Sequence record: OQ603353.1 | DNA length: 64,000 nt | Direction: 5' to 3' (one strand) | In this document: positions 37,004 through 46,078 of the stretch, piece after piece | Layout of the letters: every line of letters begins with the position of its first letter | How positions within the stretch are numbered: the stretch's first letter is position 1 | Notes under the pieces: model-generated | Databases searched by the model: none | The model's input: the letters and a program-made list of their open reading frames with translations, nothing else | Told to the model about the DNA's origin: nothing | Program-made: the position numbers and the translations under genes

Positions 37004-37023
37004 CACTTCAATGAGGTAACGTC

Positions 37024-37365
37024 ATGCCCTTGTGGTTGACTGCATGGTTTGCGAAAATGTGGGCCAAGTGCTCGCAGTATGTCATTGCCGCTGGCTCCAT
37101 ATTGGCGGCAATTGCTGGTATCTTCCTGTACGGTCGCTTCAAGGGTAAGTCCGCCGCCGATGCAAAGCATGCGGAGCAGGATGCGAAACGAATTGAGGCT
37201 GAAACCAAGATCGTTGAGAAGATCGACCAAGCTCACGAATCTACCCGTGAGCAGGTCGAGGAAAAAATCGAGAAAATCCCTGCTCCAACTACGGATCCTA
37301 ACGAGACAGTTAGGGTGGGGGATGCACCTAAAGATTCGGCCGCAGGCAAATTGAGGGGCTGGTAA
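37024..37365 (+). CDS. Inner-membrane spanin (Rz-like)
   Basis: N-terminal TM (VIAAGSILAAIAGIFLYG) then charged coiled coil; overlaps a lipoprotein gene. Confidence 0.8.
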   Translation: MPLWLTAWFAKMWAKCSQYVIAAGSILAAIAGIFLYGRFKGKSAADAKHAEQDAKRIEAETKIVEKIDQAHESTREQVEEKIEKIPAPTTDPNETVRVGDAPKDSAAGKLRGW

Positions 37366-37592
37366 TGAAAACTCTCCTGATTATCGCCATCGCCTTACTT
37401 GCAGGCTGCGCAACTACTCCACAAGTGGTGGCTCAAACCGACATTTGCGCTGGCTGGAAGGCCATCAAGGTCAACGAAAACGACGAATTCACGGATGGAA
37501 CTGCCAAGCAGATTCTAGCGCACAATTGTCAAGGCGCAGCCTTGAAGTGCTGGGCCTATCCGAGGAATGATCCCCAAATTTGTGAACGCTAA
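37365..37592 (+). CDS. Outer-membrane spanin lipoprotein (Rz1-like)
   Basis: MKTLLIIAIALLAGC lipobox; additional Cys; overlapped-spanin arrangement. Confidence 0.82.
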   Translation: MKTLLIIAIALLAGCATTPQVVAQTDICAGWKAIKVNENDEFTDGTAKQILAHNCQGAALKCWAYPRNDPQICER

Positions 37593-37601
37593 GAGGTAAC
37601 A

Positions 37602-39986
37602 ATGCCGCTGCCCACTTCCATCCAACCCATCATTGAGAATACTCCGGACATTCTCAAAGCATGTGTTGAAGTCTATCAGTCCATGTCTCTGCTACAGGAC
37701 CGGGGCTTCATGTTCTTGAACGAGCAGATTGAATTGCTCACGTCTACGGGTCAGGTGGCACACGTCACCACTGCGTATGGTACTCAGGTTGAGTTGCCCA
37801 CGTATCATACTCTGGCAGCCACCTCGAACGCCTCTACGGAATTGGTGCAGCAGTTTCAGCGCCAAATCTACGACGTGTTCACTAGCAACAACCCGACGGT
37901 AATCATTAGTGACGGTCTTGGTAACGACACTCAGGTGATCGGCTATCAGACCATGAACGACAAGGTTAACGCTACGTCGGACGTGGCTTCTATCGCCAAC
38001 ACCAACGCGCTCAACGCGCTGGGTAAGGCCACCGAAGCGCTGAACCGTGTTACCAACTCCGAGCTCAACGCCAACGTGGCTTTGGCGAACGGCACACCAC
38101 CCACCTATCAGACGCGTTCGGTTCTCGATACTGTTACGACGATGCAACGCAATAGTATCGCCTACGTGATCGCTGATCCGGTTCCCACCAACAACACCAT
38201 CTACCAGTACAACGGTACTGCATGGACTCCTCAGTATGATCGGCTGCTGACCGCCCTAGGTAGTCCGCGTGGCTATCTGGCCCCACTCACGGGCGCTATC
38301 TACCGTACCTATCAGAGCAAGCTAGAATCACTGGTTACTCCTGAAGACGTGGGGGCCAAGGGTGACGGCACTACTGATGACGGTCCCGCCTTCATCGCCG
38401 CCGCTGCGAACGGGCGCCTGATTGTGCTGTCCCCCAACAAGACCTACCGTATCACCTCCAACGCCACTGTAGGCAGCATCATGCCTAATGGCTCCAAGAT
38501 TTCCATCGGTCCGGGCGCTACCCTGACTTTTGATGGCCTGATCGTGGACGATGCTACGGTTGTGTTTACGGGTGAGGGCAACGCCGTCAGCAGCACTAGC
38601 GTCTACAGCGTTGGCTGGTTCGCAGGTGATAGCTTTAACGCCAAGTGGCTCGCCATGAAGCGTGGTTTCACCCAGCAGGTAGTCAAGTACGTCACGCTGC
38701 CGATGCCGCACCGCACCGATCCTGCGGCAACTACCGCAGCTTCGGACGGTCAGGCACGTTGGAAGCTTACGGACTCTGTGGTCTTCAACAATACGGAATC
38801 TAACCTGATCGTCAATGCGCTGGGCGAATTCCTTGTGGACCAGTCCGCCTCGCTGTCGGCAGGTGCTTTCATCCTTGGCGAGCTGACTGCCCCCTCCAGC
38901 ATCAACTTCCCGAACGGCTTGCGCGTCCTGTGTAACGGTAGTGCAACTTATGGTCTGCGCGTTCGCGGCGGTAGCAGCATCAGTTTTGAAGAACTACTGG
39001 TTCTGGACAGTGCAACCAACTCCGGCATCCTGTGGGACAACTATAACGGCCCGAGTCATCGCATTAGCTTCGACCGCGTGCGTATCGACGGCTTTGGTGT
39101 GGCAGGCGTAACTATCCAGCCGCAGGGTGGCCCGAGCTATCCGAACCAATCGCCTCCGATCACTTCGTGTTCGATCAATTCGCTGCAAACGCGAGGCGGT
39201 CGTAGCGGCTGCACGAACTTCGTCAAGATCGCGGGTAACGTGGATGGCCTGACCATCACCAACGTCCTTGAAGATCGTCCGTCGGGTAGCCTGCTGTTCG
39301 ACTGGAGCGATTCCATGTTCTCGCTGACTAACACTCAGTACGGCACGATTGGTCGCTCCGGTTTGGAGATTGGTCACATTCAGGCGACCAGCACCCAGCT
39401 GCCCATCATCCGTGCGTTCGACAGCACTTCCGCTGCTGACCCTGCGAATGGCAAGATCACGTTCTCGGTAGAGCACATCTATCAGGCGTATCAGCAGAAC
39501 ATCGTTCCGGTCATCATGGAATACTCGAAGAACTGCACCATCGGACGTATCAACGCAGGACGCCCCACCTCTAGTCAGGAAGTGCTTGTCCGTATCTTCC
39601 GCGACTGCGAGGGTATTTCTCTGACCGGTACACACTACACCGCTGTTCGTAGTCAGGCCCTGCGTACTCAGTTTGACGGACGCTTCGGCATGGTGGACGT
39701 GGTGCAGCAGAACTCTGCGATCTTCACGGATCTAAACACTGCGGCACTGACGTTCAAGTTTGACCTAATCTGCCTCACCTCCGCGTCTACTTACGCTTCG
39801 GGTTGGGCAGGCGCCAACGCTCTCGATATTCCCACGTCGCTGACCAAGAATATCAACGTTGCCCAGGGTCCGCTGGAAGGAACGACCGGCCCTGAAAGCA
39901 CCATCAGCATCAGTGCTGCGGAAAACAAGTTCTTTGTGGAAAACCGAACCGGACAGAATCAGCTCGTTGCGGTTCTCATGTCCTAA
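37602..39986 (+). CDS. Tailspike/depolymerase with pectate-lyase-like beta-helix
   Basis: 794 aa; TPEDVGAKGDGTTDDGPAFIAAA cap motif followed by right-handed beta-helix-type repeats. Confidence 0.85.
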   Translation: MPLPTSIQPIIENTPDILKACVEVYQSMSLLQDRGFMFLNEQIELLTSTGQVAHVTTAYGTQVELPTYHTLAATSNASTELVQQFQRQIYDVFTSNNPTVIISDGLGNDTQVIGYQTMNDKVNATSDVASIANTNALNALGKATEALNRVTNSELNANVALANGTPPTYQTRSVLDTVTTMQRNSIAYVIADPVPTNNTIYQYNGTAWTPQYDRLLTALGSPRGYLAPLTGAIYRTYQSKLESLVTPEDVGAKGDGTTDDGPAFIAAAANGRLIVLSPNKTYRITSNATVGSIMPNGSKISIGPGATLTFDGLIVDDATVVFTGEGNAVSSTSVYSVGWFAGDSFNAKWLAMKRGFTQQVVKYVTLPMPHRTDPAATTAASDGQARWKLTDSVVFNNTESNLIVNALGEFLVDQSASLSAGAFILGELTAPSSINFPNGLRVLCNGSATYGLRVRGGSSISFEELLVLDSATNSGILWDNYNGPSHRISFDRVRIDGFGVAGVTIQPQGGPSYPNQSPPITSCSINSLQTRGGRSGCTNFVKIAGNVDGLTITNVLEDRPSGSLLFDWSDSMFSLTNTQYGTIGRSGLEIGHIQATSTQLPIIRAFDSTSAADPANGKITFSVEHIYQAYQQNIVPVIMEYSKNCTIGRINAGRPTSSQEVLVRIFRDCEGISLTGTHYTAVRSQALRTQFDGRFGMVDVVQQNSAIFTDLNTAALTFKFDLICLTSASTYASGWAGANALDIPTSLTKNINVAQGPLEGTTGPESTISISAAENKFFVENRTGQNQLVAVLMS

Positions 39987-40027
39987 CGTGGTGGTCACAT
40001 GGACGTGACCCTTTCTTGAGGTGCACA

Positions 40028-40171
40028 ATGAAGCTATTGGTATTGATCGGAGTGCTAGCTCTGGCAGGCTGCAACTCGATGCCTACGCCGTCCAAGCCGC
40101 TGAACACTGGGGACGAAACGCAACCTCCTCCGGGTTGTGTGGAACTACGTAAGCAAGGAGGCAAGTGCTAA
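40028..40171 (+). CDS. 47-aa lipoprotein (not in ORF track)
   Basis: GAGGTG RBS; MKLLVLIGVLALAGC lipobox; ends PPPGCVELRKQGGKC; stop overlaps next ATG (TAATG). Confidence 0.75.
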   Translation: MKLLVLIGVLALAGCNSMPTPSKPLNTGDETQPPPGCVELRKQGGKC

Positions 40172-40593
40172 TGGCCCTGTCGGTACAAGATTACACGGCA
40201 CTGCGACGCATCCACTCCAAGGCAATGTCTGCCTTCAAGTATGTGTCGGACAAAACCAAATGGGGACTGGTAGAGTATTGGGAACCCGAGGACGTACTGT
40301 TCCCCGTAGGTGCTAGGTTTACGGGAGATTGCGAAGAATTCGCTAGAGTGTGCATGCAGGAAAGCATCAAGGCCGGTTACAAAGCACGGCTCGTTGCATG
40401 CCTTACTGAAGGTGGCGAAGGCCACTGCATCTGTGAGGTGGCGGATGAGGAAGAAACGGGATCGTTCTTCTTAGACAACCGCAAGACCAACATCGTTACC
40501 AAACTGGGATTGACTGGCTACAAGTTCTACAGCGTGTCGCCTTGGAATCCCCAATTTAGCGAGACTCGGCCGTGGAGGCTGGTCAAGGAGTAA
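40171..40593 (+). CDS. Transglutaminase-like cysteine proteinase (BTLCP/DUF920, LapG-like) catalytic domain
   Basis: YVSD..WG..EYW, GDCEEFA (Cys), GEGHC (His), FLDNR (Asp); AAGGAGG RBS; no signal peptide. Confidence 0.85.
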   Translation: MALSVQDYTALRRIHSKAMSAFKYVSDKTKWGLVEYWEPEDVLFPVGARFTGDCEEFARVCMQESIKAGYKARLVACLTEGGEGHCICEVADEEETGSFFLDNRKTNIVTKLGLTGYKFYSVSPWNPQFSETRPWRLVKE

Positions 40594-40596
40594 GGT

Positions 40597-40815
40597 ATGT
40601 CGCTGGTTCCAACCAACACACCACGGCAAAAGATCGCTGCCAAATACAATCCTAGAATCACTAGGATTCGGAAGCAGAAAGCGCAACTGCGCAAGTCCTT
40701 GAAGAACGCCAATACGGCACAGCGCAAGGTCATCGGTAACAAGATTCTGGCCATGAGTAATCAGATCGCTTTGCTTACGGTACAGCGCAACCGCGAGTTG
40801 CAGCGCCTCCGATAA
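40597..40815 (+). CDS. Small highly basic helical protein
   Basis: 72 aa, Arg/Lys-rich, TAAGGT RBS. Confidence 0.6.
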   Translation: MSLVPTNTPRQKIAAKYNPRITRIRKQKAQLRKSLKNANTAQRKVIGNKILAMSNQIALLTVQRNRELQRLR

Positions 40816-40818
40816 GCC

Positions 40819-40853
40819 AAAAGAAAAGGGCCACCCCTTTCGGAGCGGCCCTT
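40819..40853 (-). terminator. Terminator for the minus-strand operon
   Basis: AAGGGCC...GGCCCTT stem preceded on + by AAAAGAAAA (U-tract on the minus strand). Confidence 0.6.
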
Positions 40854-40896
40854 ATGTTGTTGGGTTGGACTGCAAGGATGCTAGTGTCCAGGAGTT

Positions 40897-40925
40897 AAGG
40901 GGAGCACGATGCTCCCCTTCTTTTT
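40897..40925 (+). terminator. Terminator for the plus-strand operon
   Basis: AAGGGGAGCA-CGA-TGCTCCCCTT then CTTTTT. Confidence 0.75.
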
Positions 40926-40926
40926 A

Positions 40927-41628
40927 TCAGCCCTCGTACTCGTCAGCGTCAACCGGAGACGACTGCTTACGCAGCATCTGGCGTTCAGCCCAGCGGGCCA
41001 GCTTATCGAAGTTCTTGATCTTGCTGGCTTCCTCGAAGACATAACGGTAGTCGGCCGCAGACAGACGTTCATCGCCACAGTTCTTGATGGACGCGTGCAC
41101 TGCATCCATGTTCATATCCTTGGCCTGAACCATGATGTTCAAGATGACCGGATTGATCTGATTGGCGATCACCACGTCGTTCTCTGCATCCGGGTTGCGA
41201 ATCGGCTTGCGGTTACGATCACCCAGCGCTGCCGGGGTCTTGCCACTGCCACCGTTCTCAATGCCCATCGACGCATTGATGACCTCGTTACGGATGTTCT
41301 GAATACGTGCATGCTCCGCACGTGCATCGCTGCGCTCCATGAACTTGTTGGCCGCTTCCGGGTCGATGATGAGCAGCAGACCGCTGTTGACCGCACGCTT
41401 GAACGGAGCCGAATTGACGATCACGTCACGGTCGCCGATTTCAACAAGGTTCTGAGGAATGAAGGAAGCTTCAATCATCAGTCGGTTGTTGTCGTCGATG
41501 TGCAGGGACACGCGCGAGCTATCCGAGTGTGCATTCACCGCCATGCGGTTTACGTTCAGCACCCACAGTTCGTCGTGCTCCGAACGAATGGCGTCCATGA
41601 TGGTGATGGCGTGGTTTTCAAGACTCAT
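40927..41628 (-). CDS. Hypothetical protein
   Basis: 233 aa, GGAG RBS, tandem stops; part of a three-gene minus-strand block. Confidence 0.75.
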   Translation of the reverse strand: MSLENHAITIMDAIRSEHDELWVLNVNRMAVNAHSDSSRVSLHIDDNNRLMIEASFIPQNLVEIGDRDVIVNSAPFKRAVNSGLLLIIDPEAANKFMERSDARAEHARIQNIRNEVINASMGIENGGSGKTPAALGDRNRKPIRNPDAENDVVIANQINPVILNIMVQAKDMNMDAVHASIKNCGDERLSAADYRYVFEEASKIKNFDKLARWAERQMLRKQSSPVDADEYEG

Positions 41629-42128
41629 GAGAAATCTCCGATGGGTTTAAGGATTTGATACTCCGCCTTTGTCAGGTTCAATACCCTGCGCAGGCGGTGA
41701 TTGTGGGCATTGAGGAAAGCCAAGTCGCCTTCCTCTAACTTTTTGATTCCCGACAGGAATGCCTTCCAGTTCTTTCTAGACAAGGCAGCTATGAACTTGC
41801 TGACGGACCATTTCGATTGGCTAAACCAAGGCGAAGCTAGTTTGTCTCTGCACAGCTGCTCAATGTCATCCGGTAGCACTGTCGTGGCATACGGCACGCG
41901 CTCTAGGAATGTTGCATACTCATCGAGAATCAGGATGCGGGCTATTCTTAACTTACCTCTCTCCCGAGAGGTACGCAGGGCAGCTAACGTGATGCCCTTG
42001 GTGGTTGCAATGAGCTTCGGGGTAGTAACACCTTTGATGCACATTCCCTGAGCCCAATACATGCAGGAGAAGTTCCCACATGATCCTGTATAAGAAGTAC
42101 CGATAAGTGGACAGCGAAGCTTTGTCAC
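41625..42128 (-). CDS. Hypothetical protein with N-terminal Cys cluster
   Basis: 167 aa; CPL...C...C.....C; overlaps both neighbours by 4 nt. Confidence 0.65.
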   Translation of the reverse strand: MTKLRCPLIGTSYTGSCGNFSCMYWAQGMCIKGVTTPKLIATTKGITLAALRTSRERGKLRIARILILDEYATFLERVPYATTVLPDDIEQLCRDKLASPWFSQSKWSVSKFIAALSRKNWKAFLSGIKKLEEGDLAFLNAHNHRLRRVLNLTKAEYQILKPIGDFS

Positions 42129-43363
42129 TTTCTCCCTTTCCGACTAATAGCTTTGAGTAGCTTGTTCAAAGTTGCCTTGGTGAATTGGTAGTGGGGCAGG
42201 CTGTAATATAGCTCGGACGCATACACACCAATAAGCATCGCATCAATAACGTGAGGCTCTTGATCCGTTTGCTTGTATACGTCCTCAAGGTTGAACTTGG
42301 CGTTGAATGCGTTTTTCCACTGCGACGCAGGGAATACCACAGTCGGTTCTTTCGTTCGTACCATGAATGCCCCGATCATTGCGTTCACTGCTTCCATCGT
42401 GGTGCCGTTCAAGCCCATGCGATACATGAACCTTTCCGCCGCCCACGCAGAAGCACCGAACTCCTGACCTAGTGACTCAATCTCATTCAAGAAGCTCAAT
42501 ACTTGCATTCGATGTTCGCTTCCGACCATCGACTTAACTGTGCTGTTGATCTTCCCTGATCCACGTACTACTGGAAGTTTTCCATACTCCACGTTGAGGC
42601 ATGCCCATGCACAGTTGGACGTACCTGGGTCGAGACTGAGAATGGTCATCATTGGCCGCTCAACACGGCGAATGATTCCCGCAACCCAATCGAACCCTGA
42701 TCTGAACCACCCTTCGGGAAGCTCATAGGCATTGCGTCCCTTGACCACAAAGACGCGCAGCTTTTTCTTCTTTCCAGCTTTAGCCAAACTGACGAACTTG
42801 TCCCATTCCGAGTACAGCTTGTTTACGCTCACTGCACAGATGGGGGCGCCGTTGGCCATAGCAGACGGAACATAGTGGCGGACGATCTTGTCAGTGGTAA
42901 AGGCGATGGAATCCCCATCCCTAGCCGCCGTGATCTTGCCACGTATACAATTAGTCGGAAGGCGTCCTGAGCGATATTTGGCAGGTGGGGCCTTGCATTT
43001 GGGGCAGCTGTCGAACTTGGTAGCCGTAGCCCAATTATGTGCCGCCACGAACTGCTTGTTGCACACCTTGCACAGGTAACGCCGTCCTTTAGCCTCAATC
43101 CGAATGGGTAGCACACGGTCGAATTTCTTGATGACCCGAGCTATCCATTCGGCTTGCTGCTGGCCTCCTGCATACATGCAAGCCTGACACTTGCCTGCAC
43201 TCGACAACATAACCCGAGGGCTACGATTGAACGTCTTGCCACACCCCACGCACTTGTGGGCTATGGCTATGTCCCTGCCTCGATACTTACCCAGCATCAA
43301 GTTGGAACCAAATCGCTTAGTCAGCGCCGCAGTGTAGGCCGCTGCCTTAGCCCCTTTTGCCAC
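42125..43363 (-). CDS. RuvC-like Holliday junction resolvase fused to two N-terminal Zn fingers
   Basis: C-terminal ILSLDPGTSN, AAERF, PASQWK, HVIDAM (RuvC acidic residues); N-terminal CVGC..CQAC and CKVC..CPKC; possible internal start at ATG 42652. Confidence 0.8.
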   Translation of the reverse strand: MAKGAKAAAYTAALTKRFGSNLMLGKYRGRDIAIAHKCVGCGKTFNRSPRVMLSSAGKCQACMYAGGQQQAEWIARVIKKFDRVLPIRIEAKGRRYLCKVCNKQFVAAHNWATATKFDSCPKCKAPPAKYRSGRLPTNCIRGKITAARDGDSIAFTTDKIVRHYVPSAMANGAPICAVSVNKLYSEWDKFVSLAKAGKKKKLRVFVVKGRNAYELPEGWFRSGFDWVAGIIRRVERPMMTILSLDPGTSNCAWACLNVEYGKLPVVRGSGKINSTVKSMVGSEHRMQVLSFLNEIESLGQEFGASAWAAERFMYRMGLNGTTMEAVNAMIGAFMVRTKEPTVVFPASQWKNAFNAKFNLEDVYKQTDQEPHVIDAMLIGVYASELYYSLPHYQFTKATLNKLLKAISRKGRK

Positions 43364-43422
43364 AAATCCTCCGAAATTGGCGGTTAAACGTGCTATAGCT
43401 GGGATTGTCTAGATAGCCCCAG

Positions 43423-43434
43423 CAGTTAATTTTA
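43423..43434 (+). promoter_or_regulatory. Candidate late promoter motif (copy 2)
   Basis: CAGTTAATTTTA in the divergent intergenic region ~95 nt upstream of the next + gene. Confidence 0.5.
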
Positions 43435-43529
43435 GATGACAGGCAAGCTCCCCTTGAACGTAGCGGGACGCTTCCTACGCCTATTATTTACAGTATTGCC
43501 CTGAACCGATTTCCTCATAAGAGTTGCTC

Positions 43530-44762
43530 ATGGCCACTAGAGTTTCACGGCCGAAAAGGCCATATCTACCTCCCAAGAATAATCGGTTGGTGAGTGTAGG
43601 GCAGCGTAATCTACAAGCCCTGCATCACAACAATCGACAGAACGTAATCAACGCCATCAGCGCTACCGGGTACCCCATCACCCTCTACAACACTCTGAGG
43701 ACGGGCATCAAATGTAGCTGCATGTTCGTACAGCAACCTCCGAACCAACTCCTAGATCAAGAGGGGAAGCTTTCGGAAAGCAATATGAACGCGCTTCTTG
43801 AGCCTAGCTCTGGCCTACTTGATTACGGACAAGACACGCTACCCTCTGAGAACCTGCAATCGGTTCTTCCGGTGGAGCGAATCGCGCTCAACGATACTTC
43901 GCGTCCGATCCTGAATCCATACGAGCGCGCCGAACGCACTCAATTTGACCACATCGACACATCCACTGCACAGATGGATCGGATGGTGGACGATTGGGAT
44001 ACGCTCGAAATGGATACGGAGTTTGACGCAGTGCTGACCCCTGAACGCTTCATGGCTAATCAGGGACGCGCCTGCGCCGTGTGCTTCGGTACGGGTTACG
44101 TGGGTGGGTACGAACTGCTGCATGGCACTCGACTCATCCTGACGCCTCTGCATCCACATGAGCGCTCGGACACGATTGTACTTGATCGCAACGCCAGTCC
44201 TAACACGTTTGACAGCATGACGGAAGGTTGGGTTCGTTTCCAAGTCACGCTGCCGCGAGGCACTGACTACGCCCTATTCCCCCGACTGTTCAACAACACG
44301 ATCCCCATCCCCTACAAGGAATGGAAGCTGTTGGATAACGAGGGCATTCGGATGGACCCTGCACGTATCAAGGAATTGTGCATTGGTAAACCGATCTTCA
44401 TTGAGGTACACGTAGGTAAGCTAGTGTTCACCCATCTGGAGATTCTTCTCAGCGGTCGGCCTCAGAATCAGCCGCTCAAAGCAGACAGTCCTGAAATCCA
44501 GACGATCACTGACGTGAACCGAATGGACGCCAAGACGCCTGTTACGTGGATTCTCGGTGGCACCTACAATATCTCCAAGCGCGCTGTGGTGATTGACCAC
44601 TTGCCGGGAATGAGTAGGCACTGGCGAGTCAACGACATTCAAGCCCGTCGGGATAACCTCAACTGGATTTACGAAGAGACTCTATCGAGTCGATTGGTTG
44701 ATCTGTACGAAATCACCCAACTCCTACGTCCTGTCCGTTATGAAACGGCCCCACTAGACTAA
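43530..44762 (+). CDS. Putative neck/head-closure protein with Zn-binding motif
   Basis: GIKCSC...CAVCFGTGYVGGY motif recalled from myophage neck proteins. Confidence 0.55.
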   Translation: MATRVSRPKRPYLPPKNNRLVSVGQRNLQALHHNNRQNVINAISATGYPITLYNTLRTGIKCSCMFVQQPPNQLLDQEGKLSESNMNALLEPSSGLLDYGQDTLPSENLQSVLPVERIALNDTSRPILNPYERAERTQFDHIDTSTAQMDRMVDDWDTLEMDTEFDAVLTPERFMANQGRACAVCFGTGYVGGYELLHGTRLILTPLHPHERSDTIVLDRNASPNTFDSMTEGWVRFQVTLPRGTDYALFPRLFNNTIPIPYKEWKLLDNEGIRMDPARIKELCIGKPIFIEVHVGKLVFTHLEILLSGRPQNQPLKADSPEIQTITDVNRMDAKTPVTWILGGTYNISKRAVVIDHLPGMSRHWRVNDIQARRDNLNWIYEETLSSRLVDLYEITQLLRPVRYETAPLD

Positions 44763-44770
44763 AACAACTT

Positions 44771-46078
44771 ATGAACAAGCTAAAGCGTCTCGGTCAGTCT
44801 ACGGTGACTGCTCTCACTGATTATCAGTTCCGCACTGTGGGTGAAGTGGAAAAGGTTCTGGCAAGCATGCCGCTGCCTACGATGGAAACTGCCACGTCCC
44901 TGCGTCGTCTCCCCATCTCCGACTCGAAGGAAGAAGTCCCCGTTGAGGACAACAAGCCAGAAGGTTGGACGCCGGGCCAGCGCCTGTCCACCAACAAGTT
45001 CAAGCATACTGGTGTTCCGGGTGAGCCGGTCAAGTTCAATCAGCGTGAATCGCGCGAGATTCGGGCCCTGACCAACCTGCACCACGACTTGGCGGATCAG
45101 GGCGAGAAGATCAACTCTCTCAAGGTCAACGCCCTAAATTCGTTCAAGGGTTCCAAGTTTGAATCTCAGATGGAACGCGCTCTTGGCCTGTTCGACAAGC
45201 GCGAGCGCGAACTGCTGGAACACGAACTGGACGCACACGGTCGCCTGCACGAAATCGCAGAGAATGCGATCCCCGAGGACGCCCGTGTCACGTTCAACAA
45301 GACGGTCAACCCCATCGTCAAGAATCTGGCAGGCAAGTACAAGTCGCTGACCCGTCGCTACACCGTGACTCTGCTGCCGTCGGATCAGAATGTGGTGCAG
45401 TTCCAGCTGATCGTCTCGCTGGAGAAGCTCAAGAATGACAAGGGCTTTGTTTACCCGCACTTCTACATGATTGTCACCTGTATCATCGACAATCGGAATC
45501 ATTACCACTACTACGTGGACACTTCGACGGCCAAGCCGGTTCCCAATGTGACTCCTATCGAGCACGAAAGCCGTGGCTTCTCCTTCACCAAGGCTGATGA
45601 CGGTCGCCGCCTGCTGCAATCGCACCTGCTGGTGGACGAAAGCATCGACCTGAGTATCCCGACTGAACTGCCGCGCAGTAAGGAAGAGATTGAGGGCACC
45701 AAGTTCCGTAACGACAACATCCGCACGGTCAAGGTCAACGCTGACGATCACACGATCACGTTTACCACGGATAAGGATGTTGGTCCTAAGCTGGTGGACA
45801 AGGTGGTAAAGGACATTCTCGCCGATCTTGCTGGTCTGTTCCTGAGCAAGAACCTGCATGAGAAGATGAAGCACAAGGTAACCAAGCTGAGCACCGGCGG
45901 TTACAAGGTGGTGGTGTGGGTTGGTACTCCGACTGCTCGCATCGGTAAGGAGTATCAGGCAGACAGCCATCGTCTCGACGTGTTGCAGCACGATCTGGGT
46001 CTGGATGAAACTCAGGTCAATCAGATTCGCCGCATGCTGCGTGGCCGCTCGCAGATTCGTATTCCGGATCATGAGTAA
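44771..46078 (+). CDS. Virion structural protein, function unknown
   Basis: 435 aa, biased codons, in late operon. Confidence 0.65.
   Translation: MNKLKRLGQSTVTALTDYQFRTVGEVEKVLASMPLPTMETATSLRRLPISDSKEEVPVEDNKPEGWTPGQRLSTNKFKHTGVPGEPVKFNQRESREIRALTNLHHDLADQGEKINSLKVNALNSFKGSKFESQMERALGLFDKRERELLEHELDAHGRLHEIAENAIPEDARVTFNKTVNPIVKNLAGKYKSLTRRYTVTLLPSDQNVVQFQLIVSLEKLKNDKGFVYPHFYMIVTCIIDNRNHYHYYVDTSTAKPVPNVTPIEHESRGFSFTKADDGRRLLQSHLLVDESIDLSIPTELPRSKEEIEGTKFRNDNIRTVKVNADDHTITFTTDKDVGPKLVDKVVKDILADLAGLFLSKNLHEKMKHKVTKLSTGGYKVVVWVGTPTARIGKEYQADSHRLDVLQHDLGLDETQVNQIRRMLRGRSQIRIPDHE

Noticed and set aside
42125-43363. RuvC plus Zn fingers as TnpB/Cas12/Fanzor-like RNA-guided nuclease
   Set aside because: The RuvC is contiguous and Holliday-resolvase-like with the Zn fingers N-terminal rather than inserted; no array, IS ends or omega-RNA-like region is evident.
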